Below are positions 41,026 through 51,640 of a stretch of DNA of 64,000 nucleotides, piece by piece. Position 1 is the first letter of the stretch. Each line of letters starts with the position of its first letter. Position numbers and translations under genes: made by a program. The DNA comes from Obrimoposthia wandeli (Eukaryota). The notes under the pieces are model-generated. The model searched no databases. It saw only the letters and a program-made list of their open reading frames with translations, and was not told the DNA's origin. Where the stretch lies: the NCBI GenBank assembly GCA_977020255.1, contig CDROCS010002105.1, positions 310,001-374,000 on the forward strand, written 5' to 3'.

Positions 41026-41165
41026 GCTTTAAGTCATTAAATGCAAAAATCTTTCTGCATTGTACGTGATTGGGTTAGAAAAATAACGAATTAGATATTT
41101 GGCTCTAGAATCACTTGCTATAGTGGAAGCAGAATAGCGATTTAATACCCATACGTGTGAGAGTG

Positions 41166-41651
41166 ATGATGACGACTTTTTATGACATATCAGCAGATAA
41201 TATACGTGGTGAAAGCGTATCGATGAATGAGTTTGCAGGTAAGCTCGTACTTGTAGTGAACACGGCGAGTAAATGTGGTTTTACCCCTCAATATCGTGGT
41301 CTACAAGATTTGTATGCAAAATATAAAGATCAAGGCTTAGTGATTATTGGTTTCCCATGTAATCAATTTGGTGGGCAAGAACCGAGTGAGAATAACGCTA
41401 TCGCCGAATCATGTTTGATAAATTATGGCGTCGATTTTCCAATGTTTGCGAAAGTTGATGTAAATGGTGCTGATAGCCACGCGCTATTTCAATATTTAGC
41501 GAAAGCACTGCCGGGTACATTTGGCTCTAAGGTGAAATGGAATTTTACTAAATTCATGATTAGCCGTGATGGTAAACCATTAAAGCGTTTTGCACCTACC
41601 AAGAAACCAGAATCCATGGAAGCCGATATTGTTCGAGCGTTAAAGGCATAA
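41166..41651 (+). CDS. Glutathione peroxidase family protein
   Basis: VNTASKCGFTPQY, GFPCNQFGGQEP, KWNFTKF; start could be 41157 or 41169. Confidence 0.95.
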   Translation: MMTTFYDISADNIRGESVSMNEFAGKLVLVVNTASKCGFTPQYRGLQDLYAKYKDQGLVIIGFPCNQFGGQEPSENNAIAESCLINYGVDFPMFAKVDVNGADSHALFQYLAKALPGTFGSKVKWNFTKFMISRDGKPLKRFAPTKKPESMEADIVRALKA

Positions 41652-41737
41652 CCCTATGCGTATTATCGACAAACAATCGAATGTTAAATGATGAAAACGC
41701 CGTTAGATGTTATCGAGAAGAAATAATCTAGCTGGCG

Positions 41738-42763
41738 TCATTCGTTTGTTGTAGGCGGTAGAGCGTAAAGTGCATCATAGCTTTTAATATTCGTTGTATC
41801 AGTGAATAGTGAAAGCTGCTTTATGATGTTCTGTTTTGTTACGAGGTGCTCTTTTTGAGTAATTGCGAGTAATTGATCGACTGCTAGGTACCGATGGCTG
41901 GTGGGTTTACGAGCGATTAAATAGTTAGCTAAGAATATTTGCTGAACAGAAGAGTCATTGAATAACCCTAAGCTGTCTTGTAATACTTTTAATGTGGAAA
42001 TTTGTGCACTAATGGTATCGGTTGAGAAGAGGGGAGAAAAATACGCCAATAAGTAGCGTAACTTTTTACATTCTATACGCAGGTGGTGAATATCTTCATC
42101 GTTGCTAGTTAGGGTTAATGCTTGGCATAAAATCAATACTTTTTGGCATCGTTTATTGATCATTGCTTTCCCATATATCAGGCTTGGTTTTTTCCCCACA
42201 TCCAATGGATTTTGTTTTAATTGCTCAATCACGTCTTTTATTTCCTGACATTGCTGCTGATAACTATCTGTTTTTATCCATTGCTTTACTTCTTTAAAGC
42301 TTTTTCTGCGTTGGCTTTGTAAATCATCAAAAAAACGCGCTAATCCTTGATGATGCTTGTGTTCTAAACAATTAAAGTAGTCGTCCATCTTAAGTAGATA
42401 AACATCTAGATCGCGTAATAGATTGTTTTTTTGCATCAATATTTGTAGGTTTCTCGCTAATCTCTCACACGGTTCTGGCTGAAAAATACTTTTCATTAAT
42501 GTGGTGAGAGCACGGCATCGACGAAGTGATACACGGTATTGATGTAAAAATTCACTGTCATCATCTCTTAGTAATCCAGACTCATGTTTACGAGCATGAT
42601 TAAACTCAGCCAATAGATAAGAATAGACAGGAAGATAAACCTCTTTTTTAGCTGATAGTTTAATTTTGTCTTTCTTACGTGTAGGAAACGCTAATTTATC
42701 CCTCTTCGTTACATTCATTGTTACCCCTAATGGCTGCATTGCTAAGTATAATACCAATTCCAT
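41738..42763 (-). CDS. CHAD domain protein
   Basis: LHQYRVSLRRCR, LRDLDV, HHLRIECKKLRY, LQDSLGLFND. Confidence 0.88.
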   Translation of the reverse strand: MELVLYLAMQPLGVTMNVTKRDKLAFPTRKKDKIKLSAKKEVYLPVYSYLLAEFNHARKHESGLLRDDDSEFLHQYRVSLRRCRALTTLMKSIFQPEPCERLARNLQILMQKNNLLRDLDVYLLKMDDYFNCLEHKHHQGLARFFDDLQSQRRKSFKEVKQWIKTDSYQQQCQEIKDVIEQLKQNPLDVGKKPSLIYGKAMINKRCQKVLILCQALTLTSNDEDIHHLRIECKKLRYLLAYFSPLFSTDTISAQISTLKVLQDSLGLFNDSSVQQIFLANYLIARKPTSHRYLAVDQLLAITQKEHLVTKQNIIKQLSLFTDTTNIKSYDALYALPPTTNE

Positions 42764-43068
42764 TAATTACCTGACCATTCAGAACACTACTGGGAGTCTA
42801 GTTCAAGGATAGCGGTTGATAGAAAAGTGCATAAATAAGAATTGGGCTAAGCAAAGAAAGCGCACATAACGGGTATTAAGTAGGGTCATTGATTCAAATC
42901 GAGTATGGCAAGCCATGTTTACGCCATCAGTTTACATCTCGTTAACATTCTTTTGCCGTGTAACTTCTCAATATCAGCTCATTAATGCTAATCCTATAAG
43001 TAGTAACGTAGATTGATAAAACGATTACGTGACTAACATTAGTATCAACACAAAGTGAGGATAAACGG

Positions 43069-44139
43069 ATGGAAAACACTAACTTTAATCCAATGGGAAC
43101 GGATGGCTTTGAGTTTGTTGAATATACCGCGCCAACCCCAGAAGGTATTGCTAATCTAAAAAATCTATTTCGATTAATGGGTTTTGCTGAAATTGCAAAA
43201 CATAAACATAAAGCAGTGTGGCTATTCCGACAGGGTGATATTAATTTCATCGTAAATAGCGAAGGTCATTCACAAGCTGCGGGCTTTGCGACTACGCACG
43301 GTGCAAGCGTAAATGCGATGGCGTTCCGTGTTGCTGATTCAAATGCCGCATTGGCTTATGCGGTAGAAAAAGGTGCTACGGCATGTGCCGCGCAAGCAGG
43401 ACCTATGGAACTGAACATTCCGGCTATTTATGGTATTGGTGAATCTCTCATTTACCTGGTCGATCGTTTCGGCAAGCATGATATTTATGAAATTGATTTT
43501 GATTATTATCCTGATTATAAACAACGTTTAGCTAGCTTAGATTCAGGCTTAGAAAACTTGGATCACCTTACCCACAATGTGAAACGTGGCAACATGGATC
43601 TCTGGGCGAGTTTCTATGAGAAAATTGCCAACTTCCGTGAAATTCGCCACTTTGATATTAAAGGAAAATCGACGGGGTTACTGTCGCGTGCTTTGACTGC
43701 GCCATGTGGGAAAATTCGCATCCCCATTAATGAATCACACGATGATAAATCACAAATTGCAGAATACCTTGAGAAATACAACGGTGAAGGTATTCAGCAT
43801 ATCGCGCTAAGCACCCAAGATATTTACAGTACCGTCAAAAAGCTGAAAGAGGGGGGATTACCCTTTATGGAAACTCCTCATACTTATTATGAGGGGGTTA
43901 ATCAGCGGGTAAAGGGACATGAAGAAGATGTGGCGAAACTAAAAGATCTCAATATTCTGATCGATGGCGATGACACTGGCATTCTTTTACAAATTTTCAC
44001 GAATACTGTTATCGGGCCTGTGTTCTTCGAGATTATTCAACGCAAGGGTAATGAAGGGTTTGGAGAGGGCAATTTCCAAGCACTGTTTGAGTCTATCGAA
44101 TTAGATCAAATACGCCGTGGCGTGATTGATGCGACATAA
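43069..44139 (+). CDS. hppD: 4-hydroxyphenylpyruvate dioxygenase
   Basis: NPMGTDGFEFVE, DHLTHNV, GIQHIAL, LLQIFT, FGEGNFQALFESIE. Confidence 0.96.
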   Translation: MENTNFNPMGTDGFEFVEYTAPTPEGIANLKNLFRLMGFAEIAKHKHKAVWLFRQGDINFIVNSEGHSQAAGFATTHGASVNAMAFRVADSNAALAYAVEKGATACAAQAGPMELNIPAIYGIGESLIYLVDRFGKHDIYEIDFDYYPDYKQRLASLDSGLENLDHLTHNVKRGNMDLWASFYEKIANFREIRHFDIKGKSTGLLSRALTAPCGKIRIPINESHDDKSQIAEYLEKYNGEGIQHIALSTQDIYSTVKKLKEGGLPFMETPHTYYEGVNQRVKGHEEDVAKLKDLNILIDGDDTGILLQIFTNTVIGPVFFEIIQRKGNEGFGEGNFQALFESIELDQIRRGVIDAT

Positions 44140-44187
44140 GTTAGTCGGTAGCTAAACGGAAAGCATAATTACTCGCTCTTATCTCAC

Positions 44188-45756
44188 CTAAAGGTGTTTT
44201 TCTATCGGGAGTAAGCCTGAGAACCAAGCCCCAAATCGTAACCAAATACTGGTGTCGGGTTCTGTGTCGTACTGCTTTCCCGTTACATCATCGACCCAAG
44301 CAATATCACCATCCTCATCAAGCTTTAGACGATAAGTTGTCTTTTTTAAGGCCGATGAGATGGCTTGCTCTGTTTGCTCTGCAAATTGAGGAGAATCAAC
44401 AAAAACACCCATTTCAGTATTCAAATAAGCAGAGCGGGGGTCGAAGTTATAAGATCCAACAAAGGTTTTATATTGATCGATGATGAAGACTTTTGCATGC
44501 AAACTGGTGCGTGAACTTCCTAGCCAAGAGTGCTTTTTATCTAACTCTCGACCCACTTTGACTTCATACAGTTTAACACCACTATCTAATAATATTTTAC
44601 GCCTTTTCGCATACCAGCCATGTACAGAAAAAACATCATTCGATGCTAATGAATTGGTAATAACGGTAATGTCTAAACCTTGGCTGGCGGCATTCGCTAA
44701 AGCTTTCGCCCCTTCTTCTGTCGGAACAAAGTAAGGTGAAATAATGAGTAAACTTTTTTCTGTTTGTTTAAGAACCGCAGAAATTTTATGCAGTAATAAG
44801 CCATCGTTAGATTGATTGGTAGGGTTGTCTGCATTGACTTTGTTCGGAGAGTCGTAACTTAATTTAGCATCACTCCAGTACAGCGGAAGAGAATGTTCTA
44901 GTAGTTGTTGTATAACAGGGAGTTCTTTTAGCGATTTAGCGTAGTCAGAACGCGTCAAGTAAATCAGTTTGGACTTTTTCCATGCTTCTAAATCAGCTTC
45001 TGTTGCTGGCTTTACATTATCGACTAAGTGTTCAACGGGTGTCGCAGGTTCACTGTTCCAATATACGTCAAATTGCAGGGCAATATCAGGTATAACGTTG
45101 CCTAATAGAAACAAGTCCATATCACCGAATTCAACATTGTTATTGGCCGAAAAATATTCATCACCGATATTACGTCCGCCTATAATAGCGAAAGCGCCGT
45201 CAGCAATGATTGCCTTATTATGCATGCGTCGGTTCAAGCGATTAAAATCACCGATAAAACCAACAGCTCGCATGCTTCTATTTTCAAAAGGGTTAAATAA
45301 GCGGAGCTCTACATTAGGGTGGGCGGCGAGTTTTGCTAATGCAGCATCATTACGAGCTTGCATGTCATCTAAAAGAATTCTTACGCGTACACCGCGCTCT
45401 GCTGCTTGATATAAATACCATGTCATCAATGAGCTTGTACTGTCATCTCGATAAATATAATACTGAATATCTACACTTTTCTCTGCGCTATAAATCATAG
45501 CAAGTCGCATAAAATATGCTTCTTGACCATCACTTAACGGATAGAATCCCGTTTTATCAGGGTGTACAGCAATATAAGGAGCAGCATATTTTGAAAGCTG
45601 TGTATGCATATCGGCAGGGATCGAATACATCACGCCTTTTTCTTGTTCTATATGCTTTGCGCAACCTGTTAACGCTAAAATGCTACACACGACTAACCAA
45701 ATTGATGATAATTTTAAAAAGGATGACCAAGGTTGAACGCGTTTAAAAAGAAGCAT
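44188..45756 (-). CDS. Phospholipase D family lipoprotein (cardiolipin synthase ClsC-like)
   Basis: Two HKD motifs (RMHNKAIIAD, SLHAKVFIID), GGRNIGDEYF, lipobox LTGC. Confidence 0.9.
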   Translation of the reverse strand: MLLFKRVQPWSSFLKLSSIWLVVCSILALTGCAKHIEQEKGVMYSIPADMHTQLSKYAAPYIAVHPDKTGFYPLSDGQEAYFMRLAMIYSAEKSVDIQYYIYRDDSTSSLMTWYLYQAAERGVRVRILLDDMQARNDAALAKLAAHPNVELRLFNPFENRSMRAVGFIGDFNRLNRRMHNKAIIADGAFAIIGGRNIGDEYFSANNNVEFGDMDLFLLGNVIPDIALQFDVYWNSEPATPVEHLVDNVKPATEADLEAWKKSKLIYLTRSDYAKSLKELPVIQQLLEHSLPLYWSDAKLSYDSPNKVNADNPTNQSNDGLLLHKISAVLKQTEKSLLIISPYFVPTEEGAKALANAASQGLDITVITNSLASNDVFSVHGWYAKRRKILLDSGVKLYEVKVGRELDKKHSWLGSSRTSLHAKVFIIDQYKTFVGSYNFDPRSAYLNTEMGVFVDSPQFAEQTEQAISSALKKTTYRLKLDEDGDIAWVDDVTGKQYDTEPDTSIWLRFGAWFSGLLPIEKHL

Positions 45757-45900
45757 GTTTAATAGTTATCTTTGATATTTATAAGATTAATGAAAGTGTA
45801 ACTGTGTTTGTTTGATTATTGGTATTTTTTATTTGAGATATAAAAAAAGACCCACCAATCTGATGAGTCTCTTTAAGAAATTTATGTTATTTAGTGCGTA

Positions 45901-46971
45901 TTAACTTACCGTTAAACCATGCCATTGGTAATGATTATTCGGTTTTTTACTGACAAAACCTTCATCGAGTAATTGCTTAAAAATACCATCAATATCATCA
46001 CTGCTTGTTTTAAGAAACCTTGCCATTGCACGTTTACTACAATTCACTTGGTTTTTACTTAATGCATCAACCGCTTGTTCGTATAACGTTTTAGGTTCAA
46101 CGTCTTCTTGTTCTTTCGCGGCTGTTTCCATCATTTCAGCATTGATTTCGCTGGTGCCAATATCAGATGGATTAAGCGTATGCGTTAATAGCTCTGGGCT
46201 TTTAGGTTCAGTATTGTTGAAAGCATCGATAGTGATCGGGTTGATTCGACGGAATTGGTTACGAAAACGTTGTTCTTCACCAATTAAACCAACAAAGAAT
46301 GCGGCAAAGAAATCGAGGAGTACCGATAGAAAAATAACCAAACCAAGTTGTGCGGTTTGTGTACCAATATTTAATGATTTTGCCAGACTATCGATTAAAC
46401 CAAGTACCGAACCTTGTCCAACAATCGGCAAGCTATCACGTTGCATAGCCAGCTCTTGTTGCTGAATACGTAACTTTTCATTCTCTTTTTGAATACGTGC
46501 AACACCCATCGCAATACGTTCCATCTGGATGTATTTTTCTGCGGCATCATTATTCAATGCTATTTGCTGATCAATAGATTCAATCTGCATGTTAAATGTA
46601 TTGATTTTACTTTGTTGAACATTCACGTGACCTTGTGCTTTATTCGTTGCACTGTTAATGCCTCCGACAGAGCCACCAATCGAAATAGCAGCAAGCACCG
46701 CATAGAATGTGAAAGCAGAAAAGGTGCCGCTGTAATTACGGCGAGATTTACGCTCGCCAACTTCATACCAAGCAAAAAACTTACCTAGTTCAAAAATAAC
46801 CGCTAAACCACCGAATAACACCTTCATCAATGGATCGTCATCAATAGACAAGAATAGAAGCAGAGAAAAGACAATAGACGCAAGGATAGATGCGCCAGTG
46901 AAGCTATAAACCGTCCACATTGCGAACGTCCCTTTCGGGTATCTTACTGGTAAATTTTCGTTGTAAAGCAT
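45901..46971 (-). CDS. Conserved membrane protein with coiled coil and C-terminal winged-helix-like segment
   Basis: 3 N-terminal TMs (FELGKF), Q/E-rich coiled coil, one more TM, C-terminal helical domain; start uncertain. Confidence 0.75.
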   Translation of the reverse strand: MLYNENLPVRYPKGTFAMWTVYSFTGASILASIVFSLLLFLSIDDDPLMKVLFGGLAVIFELGKFFAWYEVGERKSRRNYSGTFSAFTFYAVLAAISIGGSVGGINSATNKAQGHVNVQQSKINTFNMQIESIDQQIALNNDAAEKYIQMERIAMGVARIQKENEKLRIQQQELAMQRDSLPIVGQGSVLGLIDSLAKSLNIGTQTAQLGLVIFLSVLLDFFAAFFVGLIGEEQRFRNQFRRINPITIDAFNNTEPKSPELLTHTLNPSDIGTSEINAEMMETAAKEQEDVEPKTLYEQAVDALSKNQVNCSKRAMARFLKTSSDDIDGIFKQLLDEGFVSKKPNNHYQWHGLTVS

Positions 46972-47384
46972 AAGAGGCTATCTGTCTTTAGGGCAAAATG
47001 CACACGAGCCTGACGGATATACCGACAAGCTATAAAAAAGGGAGTGCAGGATACCCTAAAATTCACGCCAAGCCCTTATAAAACACGGCTTCTGGCATCT
47101 TCTCGGTGAAATTTTACACGCGGCTTTCATAACTGTTCAAAGCTTAATCAGTTAACTGAGATAAACGCTTCAATAACATTTACCACGTGCTACATAGTAA
47201 GAGAAACATGAGGTGATATCCGCTTATATACGGTACACAAAGTGTACTGCACACTATTGAAATTCACTTGTTGTAAATTTGTTAAATCAAAGCTAGATTA
47301 ATTACTTCAAGCGATTGTTTGAATTTTATAGCGTCGCACTTGAATGTTTCATTAACTGATACTCATTAAAAGCAAGGAGCTAAC

Positions 47385-47837
47385 ATGATTGACATGCTAA
47401 AAGCTTACCCAGTGATTACAGAGATCCCTGTGGCATGGGGGGAAATGGACGCGTTAAATCACGTGAATAATGTGGTGTACTTTCGTTATATGGAAACGGC
47501 ACGTATTGATTATTTTAATAAAGTACAGTTGATGGAAGATATGAAGTTGACCGGTGTTGGCCCTGTATTGGGTGAAACAACATGCCGGTATAAGCTACCA
47601 GTCACTTTTCCAGATACGCTATATGTTGGCTCTCGCGTTTCTGAAATTAAAGACGATCGTTTCACCATGACATATGAAATTTATAGTAAAAAGTTAAATG
47701 CAATAACGACTGTCGGTAGTGCAAAAGTCGTTATGTTTAATTTTAAGAATAAAAAACCAGATAATTTGTCTCAGCATTTACGCGATACCATTATCGATAT
47801 TGAAGGGGATGCATTGAGAGTAGTAGAAAGAGTATAA
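47385..47837 (+). CDS. Acyl-CoA thioesterase (4HBT/YbgC family)
   Basis: VAWGEMDALNHVNNVVYFRYME. Confidence 0.92.
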   Translation: MIDMLKAYPVITEIPVAWGEMDALNHVNNVVYFRYMETARIDYFNKVQLMEDMKLTGVGPVLGETTCRYKLPVTFPDTLYVGSRVSEIKDDRFTMTYEIYSKKLNAITTVGSAKVVMFNFKNKKPDNLSQHLRDTIIDIEGDALRVVERV

Positions 47838-47931
47838 GGCTCTACTGCCGTGTAAATTTATTGTTTCATAGCTAAAAAGAAGACATGTAGCAGTCTCTAA
47901 AGGCACTGCTACATGACGAGTTACAGGTTGC

Positions 47932-48354
47932 TTAAATCAATTCGCCGTTTACACTCACTTTAACATCAATGTTGTTACGTACTGCATTTGAATATGGGCA
48001 AACTTGATGAGCTTTTCTAACCAGTTCAAGTGCTTCTGCTTGTTCTAGCTGAAGTTTAACGGCTAATTCGACAGATAAGCTAAAACCGCCCGTTTCATTA
48101 GGGGAAATACCCACCGTTGCCGTTGTTGGCGCTTCGGCTAATTTTAGCTTTTTCGACTGGGCAACAAAAAGAATCGCATTCGAGAAACACGCTGAATAAC
48201 CTGCTGCAAATAACTGCTCTGGGTTAGTCGCTTCACCTGTACCGCCCATTTCTTTTGGATAGCTCAGTGCAAGTTCAAGTTTTGCATCGTCAGTTTTAAC
48301 CATGCCGTTACGACCTGCAGATGCTGTTGCTGATGTGCTGTATAAAGTTGTCAT
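47932..48354 (-). CDS. ohr: Organic hydroperoxide resistance protein
   Basis: GRNG, TNPEQLFAAGYSACF, AHQVCPYSNA. Confidence 0.96.
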   Translation of the reverse strand: MTTLYSTSATASAGRNGMVKTDDAKLELALSYPKEMGGTGEATNPEQLFAAGYSACFSNAILFVAQSKKLKLAEAPTTATVGISPNETGGFSLSVELAVKLQLEQAEALELVRKAHQVCPYSNAVRNNIDVKVSVNGELI

Positions 48355-48404
48355 GGTTGATCCTTTGTATTTTATTGATTGTTGTCGTTCTAGCGAATGC
48401 TATT

Positions 48405-48478
48405 TATATTGCGCGCTATTTAATTGCTAGCAATCATACGTCGTATCTAAGATGAAAAGCAAGTATATTGTGCGCAAT
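48405..48478. promoter_or_regulatory. Putative OhrR operators
   Basis: Two related near-palindromes, ATTGCGCGCTAT (48408-48419) and ATTGTGCGCAAT (48467-48478), between divergent ohr and ohrR. Confidence 0.5.
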
Positions 48479-48510
48479 GTAATTGAATAATAAATAGAGT
48501 TAAAACTGTT

Positions 48511-48963
48511 ATGGCTGATTCTCAAGATTCGCATTCCGACTTACAGCTTGATAAACAAGTGTGCTTTTCACTTTATAGTGCTTCGAATGCGATGGTACGA
48601 ACGTACCGGCCGTTGTTAGATAAGCTTGATCTGACTTACTTACAGTACATTGTGATGATGGTGTTGTGGGAAGTGAAATGTGTAAATGTAAAAACACTGG
48701 GTGAAAAAGTACACCTTGATTCAGGTACGTTAACCCCATTATTGAAGCGTTTGGATGGGAAGGGCTTAGTACTGCGTCGTAGAAGTGAAACTGATGAGCG
48801 CGTTAGAGAGATAAGCTTAACGGAAGAAGGAAAAGCGTTAAAGCTGCAAGCTGAATCAGTACCTGCTGAAATGATGTGTAAAGCCCATATGTCGATTGAT
48901 GAACTGATAGCATTGAAAAAAGCCTGCGATATATTGCTGCGCAATTTAACTGATAACGTATAA
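48511..48963 (+). CDS. ohrR: MarR-family organic hydroperoxide sensor
   Basis: QVCFSLY sensing Cys, YRPLLDKLDLTYLQY, LDSGTLTPLLKRL; divergent from ohr. Confidence 0.95.
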   Translation: MADSQDSHSDLQLDKQVCFSLYSASNAMVRTYRPLLDKLDLTYLQYIVMMVLWEVKCVNVKTLGEKVHLDSGTLTPLLKRLDGKGLVLRRRSETDERVREISLTEEGKALKLQAESVPAEMMCKAHMSIDELIALKKACDILLRNLTDNV

Positions 48964-49112
48964 ATTCCATTCGAAAAAACAAGCAGGGGGGAAGATGTTT
49001 TCCTGCTTGTTCATTCAACACACACCTACATGTCTATCTCTATAAGTTAGAGGCCAGCTCTGTTCGTCTGCCCCTATTGTCGAAGGCAATGTAGATTGAT
49101 TATTTGTATATT

Positions 49113-50510
49113 CTAAACGTAAATTTTTTCGCCATATTTAACAATATGGACAGATTTCTGCATTTGTTCTTCAATCGCTTCTTTAAAAACAGCCTGCTTG
49201 CCAGGTTCGCCGTGTATTAAATAAATATTCTCTAGCTGTTCAAACTCACTCATCCAAGCTAAAAGATCGCTTTGATCGGCATGCGCTGAAAATCCGTTGA
49301 GCATGTGTATTTTGGCATTCACATTAATTTGCTCATGAAAAAGCTGAATAGACTCGGCCCCATCTATCATTTGCCGCCCCAGCGTGCCTTGCACCTGATA
49401 ACCAACAAAGATAACGCTGTTACGCTCATCCCATAAACGGTGTTTAAAGTGATGCAAAATTCGCCCACCAGTACACATTCCGCTACCAGCAATAATAATA
49501 CAGCCACTTTCCTTCTTATTAATAAGCATGGAATCTTTAGCTTTTAGTGAATATTGCAGATAAGGGAAATCAAAAACAGTGCCGTCACGTAATAATAGTT
49601 TGCTAGCAGAAGCATTTAATTCTGCGTGGTAGTTGTTATATATTTGTGTTGCACGTATCGCCATGGGCGAGTCTAAAAACACTTTACAGACGGGTAACTC
49701 TTTGTCGTAGTACATCTGCTTAATAAGTAGCAGAATCTCCTGAGTCCTTTCAATCGCAAAGGATGGGATCAGTACATTACCTTGGTTTTCTAAGGTATTG
49801 ATAATGATCTCTTTACACTTGTTGATAGTCTCTTTTAAAAGGGGGTGATCGCGATCTCCATAGGTCGATTCAATATAAAGTGCATCAGCTTTTTTAACAA
49901 AAGAAGGAGGTGTCATAATAATATCTCGGCGGCTGCCAAGATCCCCACTGAACACTAGCGACTTTATGTCTTCCTTTTCGCTTATATCTATTTGAATGGT
50001 TGCAGAGCCAAGAATATGGCCCGCATTTCTAAAGGTAACCTTAACGCCAGGCACAAGTTGAATGGCTTTATTGTAATCGGCGTATTGAATGATTAAATCA
50101 AACACCGCTTTCGCATCGTCACTGGTATAGATAGGTGGAGGAACCTGTTTTTCGTTACCTGTTCTTTTGGCTTTTTTCAATGCAGTTTTATAATCTTCTT
50201 CTGCAATTTTGGCGCTATCCATTAAAATGACTTCAGCCAAATCCATTGTAGCGCGCAAGGCGACAACTTTACCGTCAAATCCTTCTTTAACTAGTTTCGG
50301 AACGCGTCCGACATGATCTAAGTGAGCATGAGTAAGTAAAACAATATCGACATCTTTAGGATCGAAATCAAAAGGCTCAAAGGTCTGCTCTTCATTTTCT
50401 CCTTGAAAATAACCGCAATCGACCAGAATATTAGGCCCGTTTTTGAGTTGTACAAAATGGCAGGAACCGGTAACCGTTTCTGCGGCACCAAATGATTGAA
50501 TGAAAGTCAT
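49113..50510 (-). CDS. MBL-fold / beta-CASP RNA-metabolising hydrolase
   Basis: GAAETVTGSCH, VDCG, THAHLDH, AGHILGS, ESTYGDR, FSAHADQ, HGE. Confidence 0.93.
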   Translation of the reverse strand: MTFIQSFGAAETVTGSCHFVQLKNGPNILVDCGYFQGENEEQTFEPFDFDPKDVDIVLLTHAHLDHVGRVPKLVKEGFDGKVVALRATMDLAEVILMDSAKIAEEDYKTALKKAKRTGNEKQVPPPIYTSDDAKAVFDLIIQYADYNKAIQLVPGVKVTFRNAGHILGSATIQIDISEKEDIKSLVFSGDLGSRRDIIMTPPSFVKKADALYIESTYGDRDHPLLKETINKCKEIIINTLENQGNVLIPSFAIERTQEILLLIKQMYYDKELPVCKVFLDSPMAIRATQIYNNYHAELNASASKLLLRDGTVFDFPYLQYSLKAKDSMLINKKESGCIIIAGSGMCTGGRILHHFKHRLWDERNSVIFVGYQVQGTLGRQMIDGAESIQLFHEQINVNAKIHMLNGFSAHADQSDLLAWMSEFEQLENIYLIHGEPGKQAVFKEAIEEQMQKSVHIVKYGEKIYV

Positions 50511-50572
50511 AAATAAGCAACCCCCTGATAGTTAAGCTTTAACTATAGCACTGCTTAGATTACAAAACGTGA

Positions 50573-50730
50573 GTACTGTCACCTTAACAACTGCTCTACC
50601 AATTATGCGATAATCTGCTGATAAATAACTCTAATATCTACGCAAGTTGGCGTTATCATCGCTTTACGCTTAGTTTCGAGATATCGAAGAATTGCTTGTA
50701 TCACGAGGCATTGCTGCAGGTTATGAAGCA
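50573..50730 (+). pseudogene. Highly decayed IS6-family remnant
   Basis: IR-like GTACTGTCACCTTAAC; WRYHRFTLS / frameshift / RDIEELLVSRGIAAGYE matches the IS6 transposase N-terminus. Confidence 0.65.
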
Positions 50731-50886
50731 AGCCAGAATCTTTGTTTTTAGTATCACAAATATCTGATGAATCCGTCGCAAAATCTCAAAGGCTATCGGA
50801 TGCATATCCGTCGTAATTAGGTTCTAATATCTCTACGACGAGCCCCTGAGGGACAGGAAAGCGTAAAATAAGAGCTTAATTGTCCT

Positions 50887-50961
50887 ATTTAACGAAATGG
50901 GTATATTCCGTACCGAATTTTGGTATGAGTTAGGTGGTGCAACTGATGTTAAATGTTATGC
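50887..50961 (+). repeat. Decayed attC-like site 1
   Basis: Ends GTGGTGCAACTGATGTTAAATGTTATGC, near-identical to the end of site 2; GTTRRRY core present; left arm not complementary. Confidence 0.6.
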
Positions 50962-50990
50962 GATTTCAATGGATTCTAAGAGGTGTGTAA

Positions 50991-51518
50991 ATGAAATTAA
51001 TTTGGATTCACGGCGCGCCAGCAGCAGGGAAGTTGACAGTTGCAAAGTATCTTAATGAAAATTTTGGATATAAATTACTTCATAACCATTTAGCGGTTGA
51101 TTTGAGCTTATCAATTTATGATGAGTTCGGGGAAAAAGACTTCTATGATTTTACAAATGAAATCAGAAGAATGGTTCTGATAAAAGCGAAGGCCATTGGT
51201 GTATCTCACATCGTAATGACATATATGACTTGCGCAGAAAGTGATTTCGTAGAAATAAACAAATACCTAGATTTCTTCACTGAAAATAACATAGATGTAT
51301 TCCCCGTTCATTTATGTCCAAATGCTGAAACTATTTTAGGGCGTTCAGTTTCTGAAGAAAGACAACGTTCACATAAGTTGTCATGTCAAAAGACAATTTC
51401 AAATTTACTAAACGAAATGAAGTTTTTAGGCATTCAGCACGAAAAGTCTATATCAATTGATAATACCAATCTCACTCCAGAGGTCGTGGCATTAAAGATC
51501 GTAGATCACGCTAAGTAA
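50991..51518 (+). CDS. AAA/P-loop nucleotide-kinase-like protein (cassette gene)
   Basis: IHGAPAAGKLT Walker A, LHNH, ERQRSHKL; lies between attC-like sites. Confidence 0.85.
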   Translation: MKLIWIHGAPAAGKLTVAKYLNENFGYKLLHNHLAVDLSLSIYDEFGEKDFYDFTNEIRRMVLIKAKAIGVSHIVMTYMTCAESDFVEINKYLDFFTENNIDVFPVHLCPNAETILGRSVSEERQRSHKLSCQKTISNLLNEMKFLGIQHEKSISIDNTNLTPEVVALKIVDHAK

Positions 51519-51522
51519 AATT

Positions 51523-51611
51523 GCATAAAAACATCAAGTTGACGCGCTTTAGTCTGAAGTTTTGTGCGCTTGGTGAGTTAGCCGTGGTGCAACTTATGTT
51601 AGATGTTATAT
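51523..51611 (+). repeat. attC-like site 2 (best preserved)
   Basis: CATCAAGTTG pairs with CAACTTATG with one extrahelical C; ends GTTATAT; begins 4 nt after the ORF stop; R'' eroded to GCATAAA. Confidence 0.7.
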
Positions 51612-51640
51612 TTCAATTAACTCAAGGTTTGGTGGTCTAA

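Noticed and set aside
46972-47384. Riboswitch or leader in the long gap upstream of the 45901-46971 gene
   Set aside because: No known aptamer motif, no convincing stem set and no credible uORF could be identified.
50583-50657. CCTTAAC...GGCGTTA as a further attC site
   Set aside because: The sequence translates to an IS6 transposase N-terminus (WRYHRFTLS...RGI) next to an IS6-type IR, so it is an IS remnant.
50935-51604. TGATGTTAAAT / TTATGTTAGAT as XerD arms of dif-like sites
   Set aside because: No XerC-like arm lies 6 bp upstream, and the complementary arm plus GTTRRRY core are better explained as attC.
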